A DNA stretch of 64,000 nucleotides from Calditrichia bacterium. Lineage in GTDB: Bacteria; Calditrichota; Calditrichia; JAJRVZ01. Shown here piece after piece: positions 38,898 to 50,516 of the stretch. The first letter of the stretch is position 1; each line of letters opens with the position of its first letter. The position numbers were made by a program, and so were the translations under genes. Where the stretch lies: positions 128,001 to 192,000 of the forward strand of contig CAWCNS010000007.1 of assembly GCA_963796965.1 (NCBI GenBank). Direction: 5' to 3'. The notes under the pieces are model-generated. The model saw only the letters and a list, made by a program, of their open reading frames with translations, had not been told where the DNA came from and did no database searches.

Positions 38898-40058
38898 ATG
38901 AGGAAATATACGCCTTTATTAATCCTTATTGCTATACTTTTTAGCTCACACACTTCATTGGCATCTGACAAGACGAAGACAGCCTTACCACTTGGATTAC
39001 CGCCAGTACCTTATCCGGAAAATAATCCACAAACACCTGAAAAGATAGCACTTGGGGAAAAACTTTTTGATGATGTGAGGTTTAGTTCAACGGGCCAGGT
39101 CAGTTGTGGGACCTGTCATGATGCAACAAAAGCCTTTACGGATAGTCCTCTCAAAGTCTCAGAAGGTATTGAGGGTTTAACTGGAACTCGAAATGCACCC
39201 ACAGTAATCAATTCAGCCTATTTTGAAACAATGTTTTGGGATGGACGTTCTGCCGATCTTGAAGACCAGTCACAGCATCCCTTTATTAATCCTGTGGAAA
39301 TGGGCCTTAAAGATCATGAACCGATTTTGAAAATTGTTAGAAGTGATCCTGACTATGTAAAAGCTTTTAAAAATGTGTTTGATAAGTCTGGTGAATCGAT
39401 CACAATGACCGAAGTGAAACAAGCAATTGCTGCATTTGAAAGAACCAAGATATCCGGCAATTCCCCTTTTGATCGCTGGTATTATGGTGGTGAACCGGAC
39501 GCACTGAACGAGTCACAAAAACGAGGCTTTGATATATTTATTAATCAGGGCCGCTGTGTTTCCTGTCATTTAATAGAACAAACCCAGGCATTATTTACGG
39601 ATAATCGGTTCCACAATGTCGGAGTAGGGATTACCCTCATTCAGGAAGATATTCCAGATTTGGCCGGTGAGTATATTGTAGCCAACCTGACTGCAGATGA
39701 GGTGGACGTAAAAGTCCTCTCTGATGCCCGATCCTCAGAATTGGGTCGATTTGCCTTAACCACATTGTTTGATGATCTGGGATCATTTAAAACGCCAACT
39801 TTAAGGAATATTGCAGCGACCCCTCCCTATATGCACGACGGAAGCCTGGCAACATTGAGTGATGTGGTTATTCATTATAATAATGGTGGCGTCACGGTAG
39901 AAACGGATCCGGTTAACGATTTCCTTAGTGGTGGTATTCGACCCTTGAATCTTGAAGATGATCAAATAGATGATCTGGTTGCCTTTATGGAGGCACTTAC
40001 CAGCCCTCAATTTGAAAAGGCGGCAAAAGCCGCGCAAAGCACAGGAGGCAAAAAATGA
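38898..40058 (+). CDS. Di-haem cytochrome c peroxidase / MauG-family protein
   Basis: CGTCH and CVSCH haem motifs; RNAPTV, MFWDGR, FKTPTLRN, PYMHDG...VVIHY. Confidence 0.9.
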   Translation: MRKYTPLLILIAILFSSHTSLASDKTKTALPLGLPPVPYPENNPQTPEKIALGEKLFDDVRFSSTGQVSCGTCHDATKAFTDSPLKVSEGIEGLTGTRNAPTVINSAYFETMFWDGRSADLEDQSQHPFINPVEMGLKDHEPILKIVRSDPDYVKAFKNVFDKSGESITMTEVKQAIAAFERTKISGNSPFDRWYYGGEPDALNESQKRGFDIFINQGRCVSCHLIEQTQALFTDNRFHNVGVGITLIQEDIPDLAGEYIVANLTADEVDVKVLSDARSSELGRFALTTLFDDLGSFKTPTLRNIAATPPYMHDGSLATLSDVVIHYNNGGVTVETDPVNDFLSGGIRPLNLEDDQIDDLVAFMEALTSPQFEKAAKAAQSTGGKK

Positions 40059-41131
40059 AACGATCCGGAATGAATCGTCGGCAGTTCTTGAAGCGAATGG
40101 GTGCCTTAACAGCGGCCAGTACATTACCTATCAGTCTTGTGGAGTTGTCCTTCGCTGATCCTTCAAAAAACTTTACTTTTGCTCACATCTCGGATTCACA
40201 TATTCAGCATATTTCTGGTACCAAATTCGTGTATAATTGGGACAGAGGATTGATTCGTGCTGTTGCAGAGGCAAATCTTCTCCAACCAAAACCTGATTTT
40301 GTCATTTTTGGTGGTGATTTGGCTCAACTGGGCACAAAAGAAGAGTTGGATCATGGGGCGGAGATGCTGAGTAAATTGAATTATAAGTATCATTGTGTGA
40401 TGGGTGAACATGATTATTATCTCGATCTGGGTGAATACTGGTCAAAACTATTTGGTCCTCAGTATTATAGTTGGGATCACAAAGGCATTCACTTTGTCAC
40501 CTTAAATAGCATTCTTACTTATGATAAATGGACACATGAAAGATGGCCCAGTGCAGAGCAAAGAATGTTGGAGATGGCTGGACTCGATAATCCTAACGGG
40601 TCTCCCTTTATGGTGGGCAAGGACCAATTAAAATGGCTGAAAGAGGATCTGGCGAAGGTAGAAAAGGATACACCTGTTGTCCTGTTCTCTCATTCACCTA
40701 TCCAGAAAATTTATAAAGGATGGAATTTTTGGACAGAAGATGCCGAGGATGTTCAGGCATTGTTAAAGCCCTTTAATGACGCAACCGTGGTTTATGGACA
40801 TGTCCATCAAATACAGTATAATCAGATTGATAATATCAGTTTTTACGCTGTAATGGCAACAGCCTGGCCCTGGCCCTATCCATCTACTTATGCGCAGGCT
40901 GAGCCACACTTCCCAAAACTAACTGTCCCAATGAACCGGGCTGATCCCTTCTTTGAACGCGATGCCACTGGCTGGGAAATGATAAATTTGAATTCTGGTC
41001 GTGTCGATTTGAACTATAATTTGTACAATAATCAAAACCGCAAAGTCGCCTATAATCCAAAAACAAAGCGGCCTGAGGATACAGAATATCAGTCAGAAAT
41101 GAATCGTATAATGCCGCAGGTACATTATTAA
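40055..41131 (+). CDS. Tat-exported calcineurin-like metallophosphoesterase
   Basis: RRQFLK Tat signal; DSH, GGDL, GEHD, SHSP and GHVH metal motifs; TAWPWPY. Confidence 0.88.
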   Translation: MKRSGMNRRQFLKRMGALTAASTLPISLVELSFADPSKNFTFAHISDSHIQHISGTKFVYNWDRGLIRAVAEANLLQPKPDFVIFGGDLAQLGTKEELDHGAEMLSKLNYKYHCVMGEHDYYLDLGEYWSKLFGPQYYSWDHKGIHFVTLNSILTYDKWTHERWPSAEQRMLEMAGLDNPNGSPFMVGKDQLKWLKEDLAKVEKDTPVVLFSHSPIQKIYKGWNFWTEDAEDVQALLKPFNDATVVYGHVHQIQYNQIDNISFYAVMATAWPWPYPSTYAQAEPHFPKLTVPMNRADPFFERDATGWEMINLNSGRVDLNYNLYNNQNRKVAYNPKTKRPEDTEYQSEMNRIMPQVHY

Positions 41132-41142
41132 AGGAGACCATC

Positions 41143-41559
41143 ATGTCTAAAAAAAATATAGGCTTATTTTTTGTTTTTAGTTTTGCTGTTATCCTGGCTG
41201 TTGCGGTTGCACTTGTCTATGCGGATGAGTTTTCAAAAAAAGACCTGGATCGCTGGCAGGCTGAATATATGAGTGTTGTGGAAAAGGGAAGGGAGTTATG
41301 GGTGAGTCCTGACCTTGGTACGAATGGAGTTGCCTGTGCGCAGTGTCATCCCAATGCGGCAAATACACACCCTGAAACATATCCAAAATTTCAACAACAA
41401 CTTGGTCGTGTTGTAGCATTACGGGACATGGTCAATTGGTGTATCCAGAATCCTCTTGAAGGTCAACCGCTGGAGGCAAACGATCCGCAATTAGTAGCTA
41501 TAGAAGCCTATGTTGCATGGGAACGACGCGGGGTTGAACTTGCACCGGGCAAGCATTAA
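41143..41559 (+). CDS. Mono-haem c-type cytochrome
   Basis: Signal peptide; CAQCH; MVNWCI. Confidence 0.85.
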   Translation: MSKKNIGLFFVFSFAVILAVAVALVYADEFSKKDLDRWQAEYMSVVEKGRELWVSPDLGTNGVACAQCHPNAANTHPETYPKFQQQLGRVVALRDMVNWCIQNPLEGQPLEANDPQLVAIEAYVAWERRGVELAPGKH

Positions 41560-41669
41560 ATGCGAATAATGAATAATCTGGATACTCTATTTTAGAGTTT
41601 GGAATTCGGATTTTAGATTATTAATTCCAAAATCGGCAATCCCATATCCAAAATTTAGTATCCAGTACT

Positions 41670-42116
41670 TTATTTTTTTACTTTCTTCTTTTGCTGGCAG
41701 GAATCACAGGTCCCGCGATATTCCATGCGATAATCTTCGATAATAAATCCATATCTATTTTTTAAGGTCTGGGAGGAAACAGGCAGTTCAAGCATATAAT
41801 CTGTGATATTCCCACAGACAGTACAGACCAGATTGATATGTGGTTTAAGATTGGTATCATATCTATTATCCGCATGTTCAAAATCTATCTCTTTGATTAA
41901 CTCCATGTTAACAAGTGTATTTATTGTGTTATAGACCGTGGCCAGACTAATCCAGGCGTGGGTCGGTTGGAGAGCGCGAAAAATTTGTTGAGCGCTTGGA
42001 TGGTCGGTGCGACCAGCAATATATTCGATTATGGCTTTACGTTGTCTGGTCATTCTAAAGCCTGCATCCTTTAGTGTATCCAGAAAATCCTCAGTATTAT
42101 AGTGACTCATTTTCAA
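41670..42116 (-). CDS. Fur-family transcriptional repressor (PerR-like)
   Basis: RMTRQR, HPSA, SLATVYN, RYD, H.NLVCTVCG and CDSC zinc motifs. Confidence 0.9.
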   Translation of the reverse strand: MKMSHYNTEDFLDTLKDAGFRMTRQRKAIIEYIAGRTDHPSAQQIFRALQPTHAWISLATVYNTINTLVNMELIKEIDFEHADNRYDTNLKPHINLVCTVCGNITDYMLELPVSSQTLKNRYGFIIEDYRMEYRGTCDSCQQKKKVKK

Positions 42117-42602
42117 ATTCTTTAAAATTTACTTAATTCAATATAAGAAATAATTAATTATTTTGTTGTTACTATAATAGAAAAAATCATAATATTAATC
42201 CTCAATAAGAAAAAATACATACATAATCATAATTGAAATAGATTTAATTATTTATATCCTAGTCCCAACTGGGTTAGACATGCTAAAAAATGCTTCCGAC
42301 TTTATTTATATATAGACTTTGCCTATTTTCTAAAAGTCTACTTAATTGTATATCTGATTTTAAACACAAAGTTCGCCAAGAAGGCACAAAGTACACAAAG
42401 ATATAAAGCAATAAAAAATTAAGAATTTAGAATTATGAATTTGAGTAGGAAATAATAAATATTAAAGTGGTTTCATTTGTCTTTTTACATTCTTAATTCA
42501 TAATTATTAATTCTAAATTTCTAATAGTTCTTTGTACCTTTGAAATCTTGTCCCGAAGGGATTCCTTATTTTACACATATTTCAACATTTAATGGAGATG
42601 GT

Positions 42603-43160
42603 ATGAACAAACTAATCCCGCAAAAGATGTTTTTTACGAAAGGTGTTGGCCATCACCGGAACCAATTGCAAAGTTTTGAAGTTGCTCTGCGGAATAGCGG
42701 AATTGAATGTTGCAATCTGGTTTATGTCTCAAGTATTTTTCCACCAGCGTGTAAAATTATATCGCGGCCGGCTGGTATTAAATTGATTAAACCAGGACAA
42801 ATAACCTTCGTGGTGATGGCCAAGGCTGCAACTAATGAACCGAACAGGCTTGCAGCAGCCTCGATCGGTTTGGCACAACCCATAGATAGTAATCAATATG
42901 GATATATCAGTGAACATCATGCTTTTGGTGAGACAAAACAGAAAGCATCAGATTTTGCCGAAGACCTTGCCGCCACTATGTTAGCCTCCACATTAGGCAT
43001 AGAATTGGATATTGATAAAGCCTGGAATGAGCGCAAACAGTTATATATTACCGATAAAAACCGCCAATTTAAGTCCAGAAGTATCGCTCAAACAGCTGAG
43101 GGTCATAAAGATGGTTTGTGGACCACCGTTCTGGCATGTGCTGTGATGCTGTTAGACTAA
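42603..43160 (+). CDS. pdaD: Pyruvoyl-dependent arginine decarboxylase
   Basis: FFTKGVG, SFE.ALR..GI, NLVYVSSIFP (Ser-Ser autocleavage site), YGYISEHH, EDLAATMLASTLG. Confidence 0.9.
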   Translation: MNKLIPQKMFFTKGVGHHRNQLQSFEVALRNSGIECCNLVYVSSIFPPACKIISRPAGIKLIKPGQITFVVMAKAATNEPNRLAAASIGLAQPIDSNQYGYISEHHAFGETKQKASDFAEDLAATMLASTLGIELDIDKAWNERKQLYITDKNRQFKSRSIAQTAEGHKDGLWTTVLACAVMLLD

Positions 43161-43294
43161 ATAGTACTTGTCCATAAAGTAGGTATACACTAATTTAGGA
43201 ATCTCGATACACTTCGTTACGGAATTCGATATTCAATATATTTCTATTATTCTGGCAAAATTAACAAACACAAAATAGAGGAGAAAAAACCCGA

Positions 43295-44362
43295 ATGCTA
43301 CATAAGTCATTATTCGAGGATGCTTCGGATATCATACCAGTTCCCCTGGTAAAGGGAATGACCATAGAACAACTTATCCGATACATGGGGCAGACATCTT
43401 TTGAAGCGCGAAATGTATATCGGGGAGCCAAATTATTTAAAAAAATGATAATGGAAAATGATGTTATCTGGTTGGGTATTGCAGGAGCCGGAATTGCTGG
43501 TGGTATGGGAGGAATGGTAATATCCCTGATTGAGTCAGGATATATTGATGTTATCTGTTCCACCGGTGCCCAGGTGTACCATGATCTTCATTTTGCGTTT
43601 GATTTACCGGTCAAAGCGATTAATCCAAATTGGGATGACAATCAACTTCGTGAACACGGTGATACCAGGATATATGATATTGGGATCAGAGAGAAAGAAA
43701 CTCTAGAAGCACAGGATAAAATTATTCAAAGATTTATAAAGGAGGAATATAACTTTCTTTCAGAGTCAAATCTGGCCAGCTGGGAATTTAATTATCATCT
43801 TGGGAAATGGACAAAAGAAAATGCAAAATATCCGGAACGCAGCTTTGTGGTAAAGGCATTTGAATGTGGCGTTCCCATATTTTGGGATTCGCAATCAAAT
43901 CATTCTATTGCCATGAATCTGACTCTAACAGATAGACTAGGATATCCGGTTGTCCTGTCTTCTCAGAAAGATATATTTGACTCTGCTGCATTATCATTCT
44001 CTTCCGGAGGCACCAGTTTTATTGAATTGGGTGGGGGGGGACCCAAAAACTTTATTCAACAGACCGGGCCGACAATCAGCCAAATCCTATCTATTAATTT
44101 TGAAGGAGCAGAGCGGGGATTACAAATTGGTACTGCTGTCGAAAGAGAAGGAAGCTTGTCCGGTTGTACGTTTGGGGAGGCTGTGACATGGGGGAAGTAT
44201 CGGGAAGATGATCCAAATAAATTAGTACAGATTTGGGGCGAATACAGTCTTATTTTTCCTCTATTAACAGCTTATGTAATAGATGGGTGCACGCCACGTG
44301 TAAAAAAGAAATTATGTCAGCAGATTCCGCAGTTCAATCAAGAATTAGAAGAAGCCAGATGA
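43295..44362 (+). CDS. Deoxyhypusine synthase-like protein (probable homospermidine synthase)
   Basis: STGAQVYHD, RIYDI, LGGGGPKNF, GSLSGCTFGEAVTWGK with the catalytic Lys retained. Confidence 0.88.
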   Translation: MLHKSLFEDASDIIPVPLVKGMTIEQLIRYMGQTSFEARNVYRGAKLFKKMIMENDVIWLGIAGAGIAGGMGGMVISLIESGYIDVICSTGAQVYHDLHFAFDLPVKAINPNWDDNQLREHGDTRIYDIGIREKETLEAQDKIIQRFIKEEYNFLSESNLASWEFNYHLGKWTKENAKYPERSFVVKAFECGVPIFWDSQSNHSIAMNLTLTDRLGYPVVLSSQKDIFDSAALSFSSGGTSFIELGGGGPKNFIQQTGPTISQILSINFEGAERGLQIGTAVEREGSLSGCTFGEAVTWGKYREDDPNKLVQIWGEYSLIFPLLTAYVIDGCTPRVKKKLCQQIPQFNQELEEAR

Positions 44363-45225
44363 AATTACATAAAACACAATTTTTAGGAATTAAACAGGAA
44401 GAGATAAATTACGATAATGCTGGAGTAGTTCTTGTCCCATTTGGCTATGAGGGGGGTGTCTCTTATGGAAAGGGTACGGCGATGGGGCCGGAGGCGATTT
44501 TTGATGCTTCACACCATCTGGAAATTTATGATGAAGAACTCGATACCGAACCGTGTGATATTGGAATTTGTACTGTTGAAGCAGTAAAGATGCCCTCAGA
44601 CGGAACTGAAATGGTTCAGAAAATTTATCAAACCACAAAAAAAATGCTCTCAGATGACAAGTTTATTGTGTCAGTCGGCGGAGATCATTCGATTACGACG
44701 GGCTATAGTAAGGCATTAGTGGAGAAATACCCGATTCTATCCGTGATTCAAATAGATGCCCATGCGGATTTGCGCCATTCCTATGAGGGAAGTATCTATA
44801 GCCATGCTTCAACGATGGCCAGAATCCTGGAAATGACGCCGCACACCCTGCAATTGGGTATACGCAGCATGTCTAAACCGGAATCTCTTCGGGTAAAAAA
44901 TGAGCAGCTCTCATTGTACACGATGGATATGATCAGGAGGGACGATTTTAGTCTGGAATCTGTCATTAAAAACTTACCAGATCCTGTTTTTATAACTTTT
45001 GATGTTGATGTTTTTGATTGGAGTGTGGTTAGAAGTACAGGTACGCCTGAGCCAGGTGGTCTTCTTTGGAGCGAGGCGATGAAGATGCTAAAGTCCATTT
45101 TTGCTAATAAGAATATTGTCGGTTTTGATGTGGTTGAACTTGCCTATAATGAAAACGATCCAAATTCCGCCTTTGCAGTTGCGAAGCTTATATATAAAAT
45201 GATTGGCTATAAATATTATCTATAG
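44359..45225 (+). CDS. speB: Agmatinase (ureohydrolase)
   Basis: GGDHSIT, DAHADLR, TFDVDVFD, TGTPEPGG, GFDVVEL; ATGA overlap with the upstream gene. Confidence 0.9.
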   Translation: MKLHKTQFLGIKQEEINYDNAGVVLVPFGYEGGVSYGKGTAMGPEAIFDASHHLEIYDEELDTEPCDIGICTVEAVKMPSDGTEMVQKIYQTTKKMLSDDKFIVSVGGDHSITTGYSKALVEKYPILSVIQIDAHADLRHSYEGSIYSHASTMARILEMTPHTLQLGIRSMSKPESLRVKNEQLSLYTMDMIRRDDFSLESVIKNLPDPVFITFDVDVFDWSVVRSTGTPEPGGLLWSEAMKMLKSIFANKNIVGFDVVELAYNENDPNSAFAVAKLIYKMIGYKYYL

Positions 45226-45253
45226 ATTACCATCTTATTTTATCGAAAAAGAT

Positions 45254-47113
45254 ATGAATTTTAAATTATATATTATCATTTTATCCTTGGTTCTTATTAA
45301 TTCGGCCTGTAAGGATATTATATCCCAAGATGAACGTCCGAATATTGTTTGGATAACTTCTGAGGACAACTCAAAACACTATCTAAAATTATTCGATAAA
45401 AATGGCGTTGAGACTCCAAATATTGCATCACTTGCTAAGCAAGGTTTATTGTTTACCCGGGCCTTCTCAAATTCACCTGTATGCAGTGCTGCCCGTTCTA
45501 CTTTGATATCTGGATGTTATGGTCCGCGCTTAGCTTCACACTATCATCGTAAAATAGAAAAAGTGGCGATGCCTGAGGGTCTTAAAATGTTTCCTGCGTA
45601 TTTAAGACAGGCAGGCTATTATACAACAAACAATTATAAAGAAGACTACAATATCATTAAGACCAGTGATGTCTGGGACGAATCTTCAAAAACAGCGACA
45701 TGGAAAAATCGAAAAGAGGGCCAACCCTTTTTTCATGTACAAAATATTCATACAACACATGAAAGTCGTCTGCATTTTACATTGGAAGATATGGAATCCT
45801 CCAAAACAAATACTAATCTAAACTCAATTACAGTTCAACCTAATCATCCTCAAACGCGTCTTTTTAAATACACCAATGCCTATTACCGGGATAAGATTGT
45901 TGAAATGGATCAACAGGTCGGTGAGGTGGTTGAAAATCTTAAACAAGATGGGCTCCTTAAGAATACATTTATTTTTTACTTTGCTGATCATGGAGGTGTT
46001 TTACCCGGAAGTAAGGGGTATTTATATGAAACAGGACTGCACATTCCATTAGTTGTCTACGTCCCTGAAAAGTTCAAACATCTAAATGATGCGGATCCTG
46101 GCGAGGTTGTAAATGGGTTTGTGAGCTTTGTGGATTTTGCTCCCACCGTTTTGAACCTGGCTGGAGTTGATATTCCCTCATCTCTGGATGGGAAGCCTTT
46201 CCTGGGAAAAAATGTTGATATGGAAGAGGTCATTAAACGGGATATTTCTTATAGTTACGCTGACAGGTTTGATGAAAAATACGATATGGTGAGAGCAGTC
46301 AGACGAGGTAAATACAAATATATTCGGAGTTATCAGCCTTTCAACTTTGATGGGATGAGAAACAACTACCGTTACAAACAACTGGCCTACCAGGAATGGC
46401 TGAGAATGTATCAGAAGGGTAAATTGAATAATATCCAGTCGGCTTTTTTTGAACCGCGCGCCCCAGAGTTACTCTTCGATATCGAATCAGATCCCTACGA
46501 AACAAAAAATCTTGCTTCCGGTCCCCAGTACCGGGAAATATTACAGATGATGCGTACCCTGTTAACGAACTGGGTTGAAGATATGCCGGACCTTTCTTTT
46601 TATCCTGAAAGCTATTTAGTGGAAAATGCATTTGATAATATTGAAAAATTTAGCAGGAAACATAGGCCGGAGATACTTAAATTGAGGAATATTGCGGATC
46701 TGTCTTGTAATGATTTTAGTAAGACAGGACCCATTCTGAAAACGATTTTGAATTCAGATCATGAGTTTGAAAGATACTGGGGATTAATCGTTTGCAGTAG
46801 TTATGGTGAGGACGCGCGAGGCTTTATTCCTGACGCAAAAATGATCTCACAAAAGGATCCTTCCCTACTTGTCAGAGTGCGTGCTGCAGAGTTTTTAGCG
46901 ATTGTTGGCGCGGAGAATCCTAACCAGGTTATGTCTGAAGCCTTGTATCAAACCAGGGATGGGGTTGAAGCGCTTCTAATCTTAAATTCAATAATACGAG
47001 CACGGGATGGCCAACCAGGCTATGATTTTAATCTTCATGTAGATCGAATTGATCCTAAAGTGAAAGAAATGAATGAAGTAAAACGAAGATTGCACTATCT
47101 TAATTTACTATAG
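45254..47113 (+). CDS. Formylglycine-dependent sulfatase (lipoprotein)
   Basis: RPNIVWITSED, CSAAR, ADHG, LYETGLHIPL. Confidence 0.9.
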   Translation: MNFKLYIIILSLVLINSACKDIISQDERPNIVWITSEDNSKHYLKLFDKNGVETPNIASLAKQGLLFTRAFSNSPVCSAARSTLISGCYGPRLASHYHRKIEKVAMPEGLKMFPAYLRQAGYYTTNNYKEDYNIIKTSDVWDESSKTATWKNRKEGQPFFHVQNIHTTHESRLHFTLEDMESSKTNTNLNSITVQPNHPQTRLFKYTNAYYRDKIVEMDQQVGEVVENLKQDGLLKNTFIFYFADHGGVLPGSKGYLYETGLHIPLVVYVPEKFKHLNDADPGEVVNGFVSFVDFAPTVLNLAGVDIPSSLDGKPFLGKNVDMEEVIKRDISYSYADRFDEKYDMVRAVRRGKYKYIRSYQPFNFDGMRNNYRYKQLAYQEWLRMYQKGKLNNIQSAFFEPRAPELLFDIESDPYETKNLASGPQYREILQMMRTLLTNWVEDMPDLSFYPESYLVENAFDNIEKFSRKHRPEILKLRNIADLSCNDFSKTGPILKTILNSDHEFERYWGLIVCSSYGEDARGFIPDAKMISQKDPSLLVRVRAAEFLAIVGAENPNQVMSEALYQTRDGVEALLILNSIIRARDGQPGYDFNLHVDRIDPKVKEMNEVKRRLHYLNLL

Positions 47114-47156
47114 AACAGTATGTTTAAAATAGTTAATTCATTAAAGAGGGAATACT

Positions 47157-48773
47157 ATGTATAGAAATCACATCCTTATCGCGATAATAATTGTTACTTT
47201 AACTCTGATAATATCTTCCTGTAGCCAGGAAAATAAAAAGCCAAATATTGTTTTCATTATGTCTGATGACCATGCTTATCAGGCGATTAGTGCATATACC
47301 GACAAATTGATCAATACGCCAAATATAGACAGGATTGCACAGGAAGGTATGTTGTTTAGCAATGCTTGTGTCACAAATTCAATTTGTGCCCCTTCCCGGG
47401 CAACGATTCTAACCGGAAAACATACACATATTAATGGAAAAATTGATAATCGCATGGCCATTTGACACCACCAATATTACTTTTCCTCAAATTTTGCATG
47501 ATGCCGGCTATCAAACGGCGATGTTTGGAAAATTACATTTTGGAAATAATCCAAAGGGATTTGATGAGTTTAAGATTTTGCCCGGGCAGGGAAGATATTA
47601 TAATCCTGATTTAATCACCAATACAGGTGATACGACAATTATTGGTTATACAACTGACATTATCACTGATTTAACTTTAGACTGGTTGGAAAACAGGAGA
47701 GTTGAAGGACAAACCATTTCTCTTAATGTATTTGCACAAGGCCCCACATCGTCCATGGTTACCGGCAGAACGACATTTAGAGAGTATATTAATAAGACAT
47801 TTCCTGAACCTGAAACCTTGTTTGATACCTATGAAGGACGAGGAACAGCCGCCAAAACAGCAGAAATGAATTTACTCAAACACATGCATTTTGGACATGA
47901 TTCAAAAATATATCCTCAAGTAATGGCTGAATTGGGTATCACACCCTGAAGCAGACGGGATACGGCCTCTGTGACAAATATGATGAATCGGTTTACCGAA
48001 GAACAACGAAGCCTGGAAATCGGTCTACGATCCCATGAATGAAGAATTCAGAAAGATCTATCCAAATATGTCAGATGAAGATATGATGAGATGGAAATAT
48101 CAACGCTATATGCAGGATTATCTGGCTTGCATCGCCGCCGTTGATGAAAATGTTGGCAGATTGTTGGATTATCTTGACAAGAATGGTTTATCGAAGAATA
48201 CTCTTATCGTTTATACCTCTGATCAGGGATTTTATTTAGGTGAGCATGGATGGTTCGATAAACGTTTCATCTATAATGAATCATTTAAAACACCCCTATT
48301 AATCAAATGGCCCAACGTTATAAAACCGGGTACAACAAATGATGAAATGGTTCAAAATCTCGATTTTGCTCAAACTTTTCTTGAGGCTGCCGGTGTTCAG
48401 GCTCCATACAGATATGCAAGGAGAGAGTCTAATGCCTCTGTTGAAGGGAGATACCGATCGCTGGGAACGTGATGCCGTTTACTATCAGTATTACGAATAT
48501 CCAAGTGTCCATATGGTAAAGCGTCATTATGGAATCGTTACAAAAGAGTACAAACTAGCCCATTTTTATTATGATGTGGATGAGTGGGAATTGTATGACC
48601 GTCTGAAAGATCCATATGAGATAAAAAATGTCTATCATGAGCCTGCATATGCTGAAACTGTTGTCAAACTTAAAATGAAATTGAAAAATATTCGCAAAAA
48701 GTATAAGGATTCAGATGAATTAGATCAGAAGTTTATACAGATATATAGAGATCGGGGTTATATTAAAGATTAG
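47157..48773 (+). CDS. Sulfatase (multiple apparent frameshifts)
   Basis: [40 protein letters not shown] across four consecutive ORF fragments. Confidence 0.85.
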
Positions 48774-48937
48774 TATGATGTAATTCCGGATAATCCATGG
48801 AAGAAATCTCTTGTGGGATTAAGAGGAATAAAAAGGTTTTTGAATAGGAATTTGGGATTCGGAATTTGTATAAATAGGTGTCCGATGATTGGGTTTTGCA
48901 CTGGATTATAAATTATACGATTGGTGGGGAGATTCAT

Positions 48938-50428
48938 ATGAGTAGAAAGATTATTTTAGAAGTTATGGCCCTCTTTATGCTGTGTTTCTTTTTTATAAGT
49001 GCAAATCAGAGCAGAAAAAGAGAACAGGCCAAATATCCTTTTCATTATGACGGATCAGCAAAGTGCAACGATGCTTAGTTGTAGTGGTAATAAGTATCTT
49101 AAAACGCCAAATCTTGATAAACTTGCAAAGAGTGGGGTGCGATTTGAGAAAGCATATGCTGCCAATCCGGTCTGTGTTCCATCCAGATTTAGCATACAAA
49201 CGGGACTCTATCCCTCAGCGATAGAAATGAGACATAATGGTAGTGATTTTAATAAAGCCCGCAATACAGCCATTATGAAAAACTCATTAGGAAATGTATT
49301 TAAAAATGCCGGATATGATACTTATTATGGCGGGAAAATTCATTTACCGGGAGGCTCTCAAGGGATAGAGGCATTTGGCTATGAATTGATAACCCTGGAT
49401 GAAAGAGATTTGCTTGCTCGAAAAAATTGCGTCATTTTTGATCAACAGGAAAGAAAGCGATAAACCTTTCCTTTGTTTTACATCATTCATAAATCCACAT
49501 GATATATGTTATGATGCAATCCGTTATTTCCAGCCTGAAAGTCAACTGGCCAAAAATACACCAAAACAGCTTGATAATGCTTCCATTGTTCCTCCAAATG
49601 TATCAGAAAAGGAATTTTACGAGGAATTTTGTCCTCCTTTGCCGATTAATTTTGAAATTACATCCAACGAACCTGATGCAATTGATAGTCTGCTGATAAG
49701 ACGATCGTTTCGAAAAAATGCACGAGAAAAGTGGGACGATTTACAACTGGCGGATGCATCGCTGGAAATATCACCGGCTAACGGAATATGTGGATTCTCA
49801 GATTGGTATAGTATTAGATGCTTTAGAAAAATCGGTATATGGAAAAAATACAATCGTAATATTTACATCGGATCATGGAGATATGGATGCCGCACACCGT
49901 TTAGAGCATAAATCCTTTTTTTATGAGGAAGCATCGCGTATACCATTTATTATTTCTGGAAAAAAAATTGTTGAAGGTAAAGTTGATTATACAACTTTGG
50001 TGAATAATGGCGTTGACCTCTTACCCACATTGTGTGACCTGGCAGGTATAAAATCCCCGGTAGGATTGCCAGGCAAATCTATAGCACACTCGCTTATTGG
50101 TAAGAATATAGAAAATAATGCACAGCGTATCTATTTAGAGAATGAAATTGGCTATATGGTAACAGATGGACGATATAAATATGCAATCTATAACACCGGT
50201 AAAACAAATGAATTATTAATCGACCTTAAAACCGATCCGGGAGAGATGCACAACCTTGCTCTAAACAGTCGGTATATATCTATGAAAACAGAGCTAAGAG
50301 ATATGCTCTTTGGGAATCTCAAGAACCGCTTAAGGATGTTGGTTACAACATATGGTGATGCACCTGAAGATTATCATGAAATGAATGAAATACTAAAACT
50401 CATTGAATTAAAAAGCAAAAATGAGTAG
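48938..50428 (+). CDS. Sulfatase (three apparent +1 frameshifts)
   Basis: RPNILFIMTDQQ, CVPSR, GKIH, NPHDIC, FTSDHGD across fragments. Confidence 0.85.
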
Positions 50429-50516
50429 AAATATTTGAGATTAAAACGATGGATGATAAGATGGTCATATGATCTGAATAAGAAAGGATCAATAATTAGA
50501 TATAGCGAGGTAAATT

